The notes under the pieces: model-generated
What the model saw: only the letters and a program-made list of their open reading frames with translations
The model's database searches: none
Told to the model about the DNA's origin: nothing
Program-made: the position numbers and the translations under genes
Source: Laetmonice hystrix
Lineage: Eukaryota
Assembly: GCA_965235115.1 (NCBI GenBank)
Contig: OZ249440.1
Coordinates: 14,694,001 to 14,758,000 of the forward strand
DNA: 64,000 bases
Reading direction: 5' to 3'
Part shown: piece by piece, positions 1 through 11,468 of the stretch
How the letters are laid out: each line of letters opens with the position of its first letter
Position numbering within the stretch: the first letter of the stretch is position 1

Positions 1-326
1 GTAAGTTGTCACTGTGATTTCGTAAAGAATCATAGTTACACTTTGCCACACGTTGCTGTGTTAATTTCCAATTAATTTTCTTAAAGTGCCATGTTAAATC
101 CCTAGAAAATGTTACCTTTTATCCTGAGCAACACCATGTTACAATTTCATGTTTGAATGATGAGTAAAAGTATAGAAAAAAATGAAGTTATAACTGGCCA
201 TGCCATTACTTTTCAAACTGGACACTATCTGCGAGGTGAGGCTCGTAGGGGATTCCCCTAGATCCAACTAATGCACGCAGTACTTTCCGTACAGTCATAT
301 TTAGAGCAATTAAGGTAATGACTTAC

Positions 327-2651
327 CACATCGAGGCTCCTCAGAAGTGCCCTTCATGAAGAGCATTACTGGAGCCATGTTTACCAATTTCTTCAGCCGA
401 GTATCAAGATCTTCTTTTGGTGGTGCTGGCCGTGGTTGTGCACCTTCACCAAGAGGAGAACCTAGCTGTCTCACCTTCTTTGTCAGTTCTGGTGCATTGG
501 CCCCATTTACACGCCCTATCTCAGTCTTGTTCTGTGGCAGGTAGACAGTCATATTGACATTTTGTTCCACAAAGAATCCCAACACCTGGATGTGGTGTGG
601 TTGACAGGATTACCTTCTACTTCTGATATTGAAAGTTATATGAAAACATGCCCTTCAGGTCGCATGAACCAAAATCCTATCCTCATATGGGATTACAGAT
701 TAAGAGCTAATATGCTATTATAAATTCTTAAAATTTGTCAGACTCATCTGGAAATTTTTTACAAAAAGAAAAACCAAAAAAATGACAACACTATATTACT
801 CACTATAATGAGAAGGCATGTCGGCACAGCAGCAATACTATAACGCTGGGAGATTTCAGGCAATGCCTCTGCCTCAATCTGCCAAACAAAATAACATGAG
901 AAACATTACAATCATAGAGTACCATCTGAAATACTGTCTAGCAGTAAAATGAGAACATTGTGTGAAAATTCTGTTTCAACTCTTGTACAAACAATATTTC
1001 TTATAATAATTATCATCATTGCTGGGATATTAATATGCATTGTTGGCAAATTATAACAATTTCCTTACAGTTTAAATTTTCTCCTTATTTGCCTTTACAT
1101 AGAGGATAAAATTTACAAAATACCCAAGATGCAAATTATGTAAGTTTGTAACTGATAATGTTTACATTTCAGATATCATAGTTGAATGATCATAAATCTA
1201 GCCAGAATGTCATGATCTTGTTGCAAATTTTTTTGATGAGACAATATGACACCTTGACAAACTTGACATTGATGAAGAGTGTGTCCTTGGCAAGTTCTTC
1301 CATCACATCAGTCATCTGTTGACACTGTGGCGCCCACTGGGCCCAGAAGTGGACCACAACTAGGTGACTGAAACATGCAAAAATCAATCAATTTATTATC
1401 AGCAATATTTTTACAATGTACTTTTTTAGTTTTTAGTTTTTCACGTAATTCACACACCCGAGTGTGACTGGCGAGAGAAAACGATCACCACACACGTACA
1501 AACTTATTTTATTAAACTGAGAATTTTGCAAAGTTAGGTAACATCTAACTGAATAACCCATTTAAATATTGTTTTAAGTAACATATTTTACGTATTCTCA
1601 GCAAGTTTAAGCGCCAATAGTGGTGTAAAACATGACCCTTGCCAGGGACCACCCTCGCTCGGGCTGGGCCTGGGGGTCATCCCCGAGAATACCAGTCAAA
1701 TCGTCACACGGCCGAACCGTCACACGGTGAAAGTCAAACCGTCACAGTCAGATCGTCACAGGCGGGCGAGTCCCCGGTGGTCAGACCGTCACATCATCAC
1801 TGCCATCCTGTGGCCTCGAAGTCTCACCCTCACCCTCGCTATATAATAGAGTGGGCCCGGCTATAGCGCTATAGTATAGATATCTACGCCTACCTCCCAC
1901 AACTAGATTAGTTATCCTGGCTACATTGGCCGTTTTAGCCGCGAATATTATGAACTGTCTACCATCGCCCCCCGGTATCACGTCACTTGAGCCCGCCGCG
2001 AAATGAGCCCGTCATTATAAGCCGCCTCGGAGGGCCGCCGAGCCTGCCCGGGGTGAGGGAGGGAGCGGTGGCCGGTCACTCGCCCGCTCGCTTACCCGCT
2101 TAAGCTGCCGCGGCACCGCCGGCCGCTCGCTCGCTGCCGCCCCCCGGCCCCGCCTCAGCCGACGCAGCAGCCCGGCCGGGTAGGGGGTATGGCAGCCCTC
2201 GGTTGCTGCCCTGCCTGTGTGACGGTTTGACTGGCGTACGCGGCAGCGACCACACGGCCGGCCCCGGGGGCCGGGTCTTGTCCGGGCTCTGGACCCAGGA
2301 AGCAAAGTCAAACCGTCACATCTGCTCAAAACGAAACGGTCAAACCGTCACAGGTGACGGTTTAGCCGTGTGACGGTTTGACTGGTTCCCATCCCCGACC
2401 CCGTCGCAGATGACGGGACGCCGACTGACCGAGGCCAGGGGCAGGGCCTAGCCCTAGGCTAGGGCTAGGCCCAGAACAACTCGCCGTACCTTGACCTGGC
2501 TAGTCTGGGACCTTCAGGAACGCTGTTACACGGAAACAGTGTGGCCAGGCTCTGTTGTAAATCTATGAACTAACCAATTTACCCACCTCCCTGCGTCATT
2601 TATAATTTTGTCGAAGTCCGCAACCCTGCCAGCATCGACCACCTTCGCCAT
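327..2651 (-). CDS. GLRX3: Glutaredoxin-3 (PICOT/TXNL2), 5' part; remaining 3' exons lie left of the window
   Basis: Exons 2651-2587 ([21 protein letters not shown]), 1367-1253 ([28 protein letters not shown]...KFVK), 878-804 ([25 protein letters not shown]) and 531-327 ([20 protein letters not shown]...[24 protein letters not shown]). All junctions are GT-AG and phases match (2,0,0,1). A Trx-like domain with WAPQC followed by a monothiol Grx domain (LFMKG..PRCG) is the GLRX3 architecture. Confidence 0.95.
1687..2389. mobile_element. Non-autonomous Mutator(MULE)-like DNA transposon in GLRX3 intron 1
   Basis: Imperfect ~35-bp TIRs (gaataccagtcaaatcgtcacacggccgaaccgtcac / revcomp ggaaccagtcaaaccgtcacacggctaaaccgtcac). 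Flanked by a 9-bp direct repeat catccccga (1678-1686, 2390-2398). The GTCAAACCGTCAC motif is iterated subterminally. 9-bp TSD and G-starting TIRs fit MULE; no transposase ORF. Confidence 0.75.
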
Positions 2652-2779
2652 CTTGATCCACACGTGCCGACACCGATGACAAACTGCTCTGTCATCCTTC
2701 TGGTAGTGCAACTTTTTGACACCAGGTGGTGCATGCTTCCTTTTATCACTAGGCCTACTTGTAGGCAGTTGGGGTAAAG

Positions 2780-3090
2780 GGCACTACCGCCAGGTGGGGT
2801 ATAAGGACCTAATCACTACAGGCAGGTGGGGTACATTATGGTCCTAATCACTACAGTTAGGTGGGGTAGGCCTACATAAGGTCCTAATCACTACAGTCAG
2901 GTGGGGTAGGCTACTGGTACATAGGCCTAAGTTTCTATTCCGGCACAACACTACACTACAGTCAGGTGGGGTAGGCTACATGTACTACCTAATCAATACA
3001 GTCAGGTGGGGTACATAATGTCCTAATCACTACAGTCAGGTGGGGTATACCGGGTATAGGTTCCTAATCACTAAAGGCAGGTGGGGTACA
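2780..3090. repeat. Imperfect ~35-40-bp minisatellite upstream of GLRX3
   Basis: About 8 copies of (cctaatcactacagtc)aggtggggta. Confidence 0.8.
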
Positions 3091-3092
3091 TT

Positions 3093-3212
3093 ATCTAATT
3101 AAAATTAGGTCTTAGTTATTTCGCATGCGCTCCATACTATATGGTATGGAGCGCGGCAGCACTGAAACAGCCGAGAGAGATGCGGAATACCAAGATCTAA
3201 TTTTAATTAGAT
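3093..3212. mobile_element. Very short palindromic MITE-like element
   Basis: Terminal inverted repeats atctaattaaaattaggtctt / aagatctaattttaattagat. Internal hairpin gcgctccatac-tatatg-gtatggagcgc. Confidence 0.5.
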
Positions 3213-3669
3213 TGGGTACGTAAGTTGCTATTCAGTCAGGTAGCCTACATAGCCTCATAGGCTATAGGGCCCTAATCACTATACTATACGCTACCAGGAA
3301 AAAAAAAAAAAAAAAGATGGGGGCCCGCCAGAAACAGGGACAGCCACTGACGACGACAGGTAGCCTATATCGCTCTTCCCATTACCATGCTTTGTAAATT
3401 AGGACCCTTTCTTTACTATACTCAGTGCTATAAACTCGCTTGCTGTCTGTGAAAGTGTTTTACCATTTGCTGAAAAGGGGGAAGAAAAAGTACTTTATTA
3501 AAAAATGAACTAATAAAATACGGTATTTAATTTCCATATCATTCTTATTATGTGTTAGGAACAGTCTTCTGTGTCCGTTGTACCCAAAGCTGATGCAAAG
3601 TGTCAATATTACATTATACACTACTATACATGAAGCTAACGGCACCTAATATACTGTAAGTGTAAACTA

Positions 3670-3920
3670 CCTCTGCCGTGAAATGACAAAAGGAAGCAAG
3701 TCTAAAAGTTCAAGTTTCGAGAAATGGACATAAACAAGTTTTCTCTACAATGCACTTGGATGGACTTGCTCCCTTCTGTCATGTGACTGATAGCTTCATA
3801 GAAGGATGTTTAGCAGAAATGCATTGATAGATAGGACTTACTTCCCTGAATCCAAATTTACACTTAAGTCGATTTTGATGAAAGTTGGACTTGCTTCCTC
3901 TTGTCATTGCACGGCAGACC
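3670..3920. mobile_element. MITE with TA target duplication (Tc1/mariner-like)
   Basis: ~33-bp imperfect TIRs (tctgccgtgaaatgacaaaaggaagcaagtctaa / ttggacttgcttcctcttgtcattgcacggcaga) with TA on both sides (3668-3669, 3921-3922). Confidence 0.6.
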
Positions 3921-5431
3921 TAATGAAACGTCTTCCATAAATTACTATTATCCTTTGTATTATCATTGAAATTTGTAATCTCTTTTTCTGTCTTTAGTGT
4001 TACCGTAAATAAAGTATCCTGTGATACCACAGAAATCAATTTAATTTTGGAACTACTACTGAGAAGTATATAAAGTGACTATGACGGGACCTAAATAATA
4101 AAACAAGAATTCTACCAAAACTATACAAAGCTAACGTGTGCGTATCAGAGTTTTACGTGATCAGTGTACAGGCAAGAAGGCCAATGACCAATCGCACCTA
4201 AAATCAACCGCAGCATCAAGCAGTCTGACTAACCAAAGAAAATGTGGTGTTTATGTAGATACTGCAGCAGAAAAACCAAAACATTGACCCCCAAAAATGG
4301 TAATAAATACATTACCAATAAATTACAATTAATGAACGAACGGGACCATAGGGATATATTGTAATAGTTTAGCTGCCTTGCTTTTATTCTAAGCATGCTG
4401 TCCCATCAGAAGTAAATCTCAGATTTAATTGATGCTAGTGTTACCCCTTCTCTTGTGAAAAAATTCTTATGGCCCATGCAACATCACATTATCCGCTCTG
4501 TAGGCCCAACCATTCCCCTTTTCTTACATACTCTGGTACCTGTCATTTTTTGTCAGGAATGAATGCGTTCACAAGCAAAATACGTGTTCTAAATTCCTCG
4601 AAAAAGAGAACTGCTACTTTTAAAACACAATATATACAACCATAGTCAGAAGAAGACCCTTCCTACACCCGGGTTTGGGTCACGTCCATCCATCTTACAT
4701 GCAAAATAAAGACGGAAATTCATAGTTTGTTTGGTAAAAAGTATATTCTGTATATTAAACAACAATCACTATACATACGGATTCATGGCAGTAAGATTAT
4801 CAGGGTTAGTGCTGATGTCAACTTTTGTCTCTCCAGCCCAACAAATACATGATTTAGTCTGTTACACAGTATGGTCCCATTTGTCTGGCCTTTTACATGT
4901 TAGAATTGACCCGTAGACAGTCATGCCAACCCCACTGAAAAGATTTGCAGCATAATCATCTTATCCCTACCAAACGTGCCTAACCGAACAGAGTTCTTCA
5001 TTTCCCGACCTCACACATCCCCTCACCGAAGTCATGTACTTCCAGGTTAAACAGTCCCATTACCCACATTTCTCTTTCAGTAAAATGACACCGACCATTT
5101 AGAGCGAGTTACTGAAAATGTAAGGGCGACCAAAACAATGCAGGGTTCTCCCTAGGAACCTTAAGAACAATTTACTTACTACACGGCAGAGACCTAATGT
5201 GATGAATTAATTCCTCTCTCTCTCTCTCTCCCTCTCACAAGTTTGAGAAATGAGGCATACCAATGTAATTCATCTTTCTATTCTACTTTCTAACATCTAA
5301 AATGTCTCCCTAGCAAGAACCCTGATATGTAAAAGCAGGCAGGAAGAGATCACCCATTTCTTCTGTCTCTCTCTCCCCAAGCTCTGTAACGTTAACGACA
5401 TATAATACACGTATGCTCAAGTGCGGTCACT

Positions 5432-8400
5432 CTAATACGGGCGGTGATATTGGCTGGAGGTACCCCATCCCGCTGTCTGCTGTGCCTGTCCCCCACTGTA
5501 CTGTGTGTAGCCTCCGTAACCAGAGGATGGTTGGCTGGATGGATATGTAGACGAGGACGTAGAGGCGGGATAGGCACCACCGTAACTAGATCCAAACTGA
5601 TAGAAGCTACCTGATGCTCCATACGGACCGCTGCTACTGTTCTGATTGTAATATTGGTTTGAATCCTGCCTGCTACCATAACTACTTTGTTTAGTGTCAT
5701 ATCCAGATCTGCTATCATATCCACTGTTTCTTGAGCCGTACCCGTTGCGCCTGTCATCAGCTCTCTCATAGCCAGCACCCCTCTTACTGTAACTGTTCCG
5801 TGCTTCATAGCCGTCGGCCTGGCGGTCCCTATAGCCTGACCTTGGATTGTCATAGCTGCTCTGTCTGTCTGTGTATCCTCCCCCTCGCCTGTCATCGTAG
5901 CCACCTCTCCTACTCTCATATTGTCCTCTCCAGTTACTGTAACCTCCACGTCGTGGGGGACTTTCAAACCGTTCTCTTCGTCCTCTGAAAACACCTCTCC
6001 TCGATTCATAGCCTCCCCTATGGCTGTCTCGGTTGTCATAGCCCCCTCTATGGTTGTCTCGGTTGTCATAGCCTCCCCTATGGCTGTCTCGGTTGTCATA
6101 GCCTCCCCTATGGTTGTCTCGGTTGTTAGAGTCCCATCGATCATCCCAGTCGCTGTAGCGACGACGAGGACCTTCATCTTGGGGACTCCCTTCGTATCTC
6201 CGTGGACGCTGGTACATACGACCTTCACGATTTGTTGTTCGTACTGTCAGCTTTCTTAACTCTTCCTTTGGACTTGGTTCACGATCACCCTCAGCCTCAT
6301 CTTCATCAGTACTACATAACAAAGATATACTGGCAAATAAGTAGCCATTTCTGAGAGCCTATCTCTAATTGTTTTCCCACACGGATACAGTTGTTCTGCA
6401 CCATATTTGGGCATCTCCAATCTACATTTCCTGGATAACTTAATCATCATTTCTTTCTGACAAAAGTATGTCCTTAAATCAGTACATGTAATCTACTACA
6501 TGAATCAATATTGAACTTCAATTTGACCTGTTGCATTACTTTACATCTTATTCCTACACATTCTGGTAAATGAGGGCCATAACTTACGAGTTACCTTTTG
6601 CCCTTCTTGAGGTCAGCCAAATAGTGTTCCCGCTCTATATCATATCCCCGTGCTTTGTTGTATGCTTCTATGGCTTTCTCTGGTACAAAGTCCATCTTGT
6701 CAATCATATACCTGGAGAGGAAATCACAATCTAAACCAAACTTATCAACAGTTCATGCTCTGTGGGAAAGTTACTGAGAGCAGTCATTATAAGGTAAAAT
6801 ACTGTCATATTCCTTGCAACTGAGGTTTCGATATCGACACAAAGCTAAGTTATGTGGTCCTTCAATGGTTCTTTCACTCTTGGGTTAGTCATACTTACCT
6901 ACACACTAAGTACCCCGTCCTGTTCACACCATGTGTGCAGTGTATGCCTATCAAACCTTCTGAAAATTTTTTAAAATATTTGTAAACTTAATTACCACAG
7001 CAACTTAATAGCAACAGGCCTTTTAAAATTGATTATTCTGACTGGTCTTATTAATGTCTGAGCATATTTAGCATTTACTCTCCTTAGCATATAAGACAAA
7101 CTAATTGATAAATATTAATGCTCAATTTCTTACTTTTATCTTCCTCATTCTTCAGGTATTTGTCAAGTACAGAGAAGAATCTGAAAAAAGAGGGTAAACA
7201 GTCATCTCCACTATTCCAAAATACATCAGTTCACATATATTCTGTACTCTCCAAGACATCTGTATCATACGAACTGCACAAAAGATCTATTCATAACCAC
7301 ATTATTTTGTTATCTCTGGTTGGAAGTCTGAGGTCTGATTTCATGAACATTTCTCTCCAGTGTGATTTCTGTACAGACTGATTTCATTTCTACATTTTCA
7401 ATTCTACTTTAGTTCTGTTCATAATATTAACAGATACAATTGGTGAGACTCACCGTAATCTGACCTTCCTACTTGGTACCACAATACCCTCGGTGTTTAC
7501 TTTTTCATACTTGATACCCAACTGCTTCATTTCCTGCAGATAGATAAGACAACATTTGACAAACTTCAGTACCACCATGTAAGCTCACAGACACTGGTAG
7601 AAGTGGTATCGTGCACCACTAAAATCAGAGTGCAAGGTGCCAAAATTTCGACTACAAAACACTTAAATTCACAAAATATGAATCCTGCACACTCTAGTTC
7701 AAAAGGGGTATTTAATCTCTTTAAGAAGTTAATCCTAAGGATGGCTTAACTTACTACCTAGCCTAGATTTAAGGTTGGGTACGTTTGGTAGTCATGTTTA
7801 ATTGAATTTTATTGTGCTTGGCCAGCGAAATAAGGGCCATTCTCCAAAAAGAGAAAGGGCTAGAAAATTCTGACTTTCTGGTGACTGGGAATCGGCGTAA
7901 ATCCACGGATTAGGTTAATTTCAAGACCAAATACGTTCTTGCATACAGCCATTATTATGTTACAGCAAGCTTCAATTTAAAAAATAATTCTTCATGACTT
8001 ACATCACTATGATAATAACGTCTGGTATTTGTTAGGTCGATGACCACAGCCAAAGTTTGACCTAAATCTTTCATTTTGTCAGCCAGCATTTGTGGTGTCC
8101 ACTGTTGATCCTCTGAGAGACTAGCTGTTATTTTCTGTAATCAATGAAAAAACACTATAATCATACCCATCAAACTTTGAGAACAGCATCCATACATTTC
8201 CCTTGTATTTTTGGTGATTGGTTTGATATTCTCATGCCCAAAATATAAACCTTTTCTTTATCCAAATTATTTAACATTACCTTTTCCAAAGGAACTTTGA
8301 AGGGAATGAAGCGTGTCCCTTCAACGACAGTCCCAACTGGATCATATGCTTCCCATCTGAAAAATAAGTGTGACAATCAATTTTAATGGTAGTCTCCAGT

Positions 8401-11400
8401 CTATTCTGTTATTATCTTATCTAGTTTTTGTACCTTTTCAATTCTTTTTGGTTGGGTCTCATCCATCTGTTGTAATAAAGGTTTATTGACAGGGTTGTTT
8501 GATTTAAATCATTTGATTTAAATCAATGATTTAAATCATGATTAAAATCAAGTCAAAAAAATCAAAAAAATCACAACATGATTTTTTTTGAATTTTCAAG
8601 AAATCATGGCAACGGTTAACCACGTTATATTCTACTTCTAAATTTGTGACAAGTCCATATTTAATAGCATTGTTGTTACTAAACAATACAACAGACTGTT
8701 GAAACACTAAATCCAGGTCACAGGTGCATGTTTTTACAAGATGACCAGTGCGCTGGACCATGTCAGGCTGGCTCCCACTAGTCAGAGTTGCTGTTGGGAG
8801 AACTACTCCATAAACAAAGCCCTTGTCTTCTGGGGAGAGCCGGGTGGGGGGTGGGGGTGGGGGGGGGGGGGGAGGACTGAGGAGAGGGGGAAGCTGGGAT
8901 CTGCCAGTTGCTTAGGAGGCGCCCAACACACAACATCATGCCTGGAAGGAAACAAGACTGTGTTTTGGTTGTACTTTGAGAAAGAGGTTCAGCCTGGTAG
9001 AACTGGATGTATGGCCAAATGCAGGGGATGTGGCAAAGATATTGTTTGTATTGTTTTTTCTATGATATCATTTAAATCCACCTAGGCATTAATATCGACC
9101 AGCAAAAAAATCTGATTTAAATAAAAAAAATCGATTTAAATAAAAAAAATCCGATTTTTTTTATTTTTATAAAAAAATCATGATTTTTAACAACCCTGTT
9201 TATTGATCTGACTAACTTACCAATGCAGGGGTGGCCAATATTTCAATTTGAGCACTTGACACAGGGCAACAGTGTATCAAAATCTACTTGTCCTCCACCG
9301 ACGGTTGACACCCACAGCAGTGACGGCACCCATGCAACCAGCCACAGATAGAGAAGGAGTCCATAGAGGCCTAACTGATCACTTTGTAAAATTGATTTCC
9401 TTCCAGAACATACTAAGAGTTGGGCCTCTTAGCCTTTGTCATGATATTTGTGAAAAATCTCAAGTTATATCAAAGATGGACCCACTGGATGGGCCATATC
9501 AACTGTGGACCACACAGACTGTGGGCCATATTGACTGGCATTCGGCCTAACCTATCTTGCAAGACTGCAGGGGCAGTTTATGTTGCAAATCCTTTAGAAG
9601 TTTGACTAATTCTAGTTGAGGCTAAGCCTATAATCTAGCCTATGATAATTTGCATGCAACCAAAAGGAAACATTCCTGACCAAAATGTTGCCAGTGGTCT
9701 TGAAGGACTACGGAGGCCCCTGACTCCCCCCCCCCCCCCTATGCAAACTCCCCACCTCAGGCCGCCTGACTAGTATCGTGGCAGTAGGGTTAGCATTCTT
9801 TTGGGGATGCAAAAGTTGCATTACAGGGCTGGAAATATACGACGGCACTCACGGCAATTGCCGCCGTAAACAACTGATTTGCCGCCGATGGTACCAATAA
9901 ACGACGGCACACAATTGCCGTCGATAAAATCCTGTTAGACCTTTTTTATTCCCCTGGCTATTGCAAGCATGATTGTGAACTTAAGCCATTGAATCTTTAC
10001 TTTAGAATAGATGCCAAGGGCCAGGCTCTGAGGCTGGGCACTTTAGCAATTTAACCAATACAATTCAAATACATGTATAAAAGAATTAGCTGTATGACTT
10101 GAGCCCTTCTTGAGCAGCATGTTCAGAAAAAGTGAATGAATGGATTGGGAGTTTCGGCTCTTTTGTGTTATTGGTTAATGGTGCCTTCACTCTGAGCCAT
10201 CGTCAGCTTGAGGTACCATAGTGAAGTAATGCACAACTGAACTGGTAACAGAAACATAAGTAGTAATGACGAAAATCGATGCAAGAAAATCAACACAAAT
10301 TCCTAAAACTGAAAAATTAAAATTGCTGTGGTTGAACACAAAATTGCCGTGGAGAGCTTCTGACACCACAGCATTTTTGTAAAAAAAATGCTGTGGTAAA
10401 CAATTTGGGAATTTCCAGGCCTGCATTAGACTAGGTCACCACGCTGTGCTGTATTTGAACAAACAAACTGAGAATTTCAACTACTTATAGCCCTTTCACA
10501 CCGAAGTGAAGCAAACTTAGCAAAGCGAACCATCGAACCGTCCTGCAGAATCCACACCATTCACACTAGCACAGAATGCGCGTTCCCCAATTCCATTCTG
10601 TTCACACTACATACAGTAGAAACTACTGTAGAATGCGGTTCTTTTCACACTAGAAGTGAAGCGAAGCGCACTACTCACAGTGTTGTAATGGGTAGCGCTT
10701 TTAGTGCAACAGGTTTTACTTAGCGGGTGACAACTATCGCCGTCAAAATGCACTTCGCTTCACTTCTGTACCTTTCAGACTAGCTGCAAATAGTGGAGCG
10801 AAGTGAACCGTATTCTAGAATTCGGTAGAGGATGCGAATTCTAGAATTCAGTTCGGATGCGATTTGATGCGCATTGAATGTGCTTCGATGCACATTTTGG
10901 GTGTAGTGTGAATGGAACTAATTCTAGAATGCACATCAATGCGCATTCTCGGCTGTAATCTGAATGGGTATATAAGATAACATCCAACAAAATACATTTA
11001 CATAGGCCTATCTGTTAAAGTAACCTATTTTGTGTAGCTACTCCCACAGTCCCACTCCCAGCAAGTTTCAGCGCCAAAACTGCAAAAGTGGTCTAACACG
11101 ATGATGCGCGATAGGTCCCGAGAGAACCCCGGCAGGATAGCAGTCGCTGGTGTATTTTGTACCCGACGGTCAGAGTCCGTATGATCGTAAGGACACGAAC
11201 TCTCACTTGTTGGAGTAAGTCAGTAGACATGGTATTGGTAGACCGTAGCGTAGGCGTACCGTAGGCGAAGTGAGAGGAGAGGAGTCGACAGTCGTGACTA
11301 CGTGAGTCGTGCAGGCTCACTGCAGTGCAGCAGTGCAGGGCAGCCAAATCGTTAGAACTAGAACTAGGCCTAGTACATGCAGTTTATCCTGTTCGATAAA

Positions 11401-11468
11401 CTGTACGAGGGAGCAGAAAATTATTACGAAGAAGAGTAAGATTACCTGTCTGGTATTTTCCCCGGCAT
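5432..11468 (-). CDS. DUSP11: RNA/RNP complex-1-interacting phosphatase (DUSP11/PIR1, RNA 5'-tri/diphosphatase), 471 aa
   Basis: Exons 11468-11446 (MPGKIPD-R), 8356-8281 (WEAYDPVGTVVEGTRFIPFKVPLEK), 8134-8003 (..VVIDLTNTRRYY..), 7533-7454, 7180-7134, 6959-6899 (GLIGIHCTHGVNRTGYLVC, the P-loop), 6711-6595 (YMIDKMDFVPEKAIEAYNKARGYDIEREHYLADL) and 6311-5432 (low-complexity tail, stop). All GT-AG, phases consistent, total 1416 nt. HCTHGxNRTG and RW..Y..VG....GTRFI.FKVPL are DUSP11/PIR-1 hallmarks. Confidence 0.95.
6007..6126 (-). repeat. Coding 30-bp tandem repeat (4 copies) encoding RD(N/S)HRGGYDN
   Basis: Four near-identical 30-nt units in the last DUSP11 exon. Confidence 0.9.
8490..9198 (+). 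mobile_element. hAT transposon internal-deletion derivative with a BED zinc-finger remnant
   Basis: Ends cagggttg.../...caaccctg, exact 8-bp TSD tttattga (8482-8489, 9199-9206), subterminal gatttaaat repeats at both ends. 8938-9042 reads MPGRKQDCV-(frameshift)-WLYFEKEVQPGRTGCMAKCRGCGKD, resembling a hAT transposase N-terminal BED finger. Confidence 0.85.
9824..10423. mobile_element. hAT-like non-autonomous element with a 5-bp target duplication
   Basis: TIRs cagggctggaaat / atttccaggcctg flanked by catta on both sides; subterminal cggca/tgccg repeats. Confidence 0.65.
10487..10974. mobile_element. MITE-like element (PIF/Harbinger-like ends)
   Basis: Imperfect ends tatagccctttcacac / tctgaatgggtata; repeated internal ttcacac(t)ag, gtgtgaa and ttctagaa motifs in both orientations. 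Confidence 0.45.

Noticed and set aside
5392-6228. 278-aa ORF overlapping the DUSP11 last exon in the +1 frame
   Set aside because: Stops in a +1 frame need xTA/xTG codons (Leu/Ile/Val/Met) in the main frame, and these are nearly absent from the RGG/SYGQ tail. A long open shifted frame is therefore expected from composition.
5731-6259. Plus-strand ORFs of 85 and 112 aa
   Set aside because: Antisense shadows of the repetitive DUSP11 exon.
8741-9085. 114-aa ORF
   Set aside because: Lies inside the hAT derivative; only the frameshifted BED-like part is meaningful.
9226-9722. caggggtggccaa hAT-like left end
   Set aside because: No matching right TIR or TSD found, so I did not delimit it as an element.
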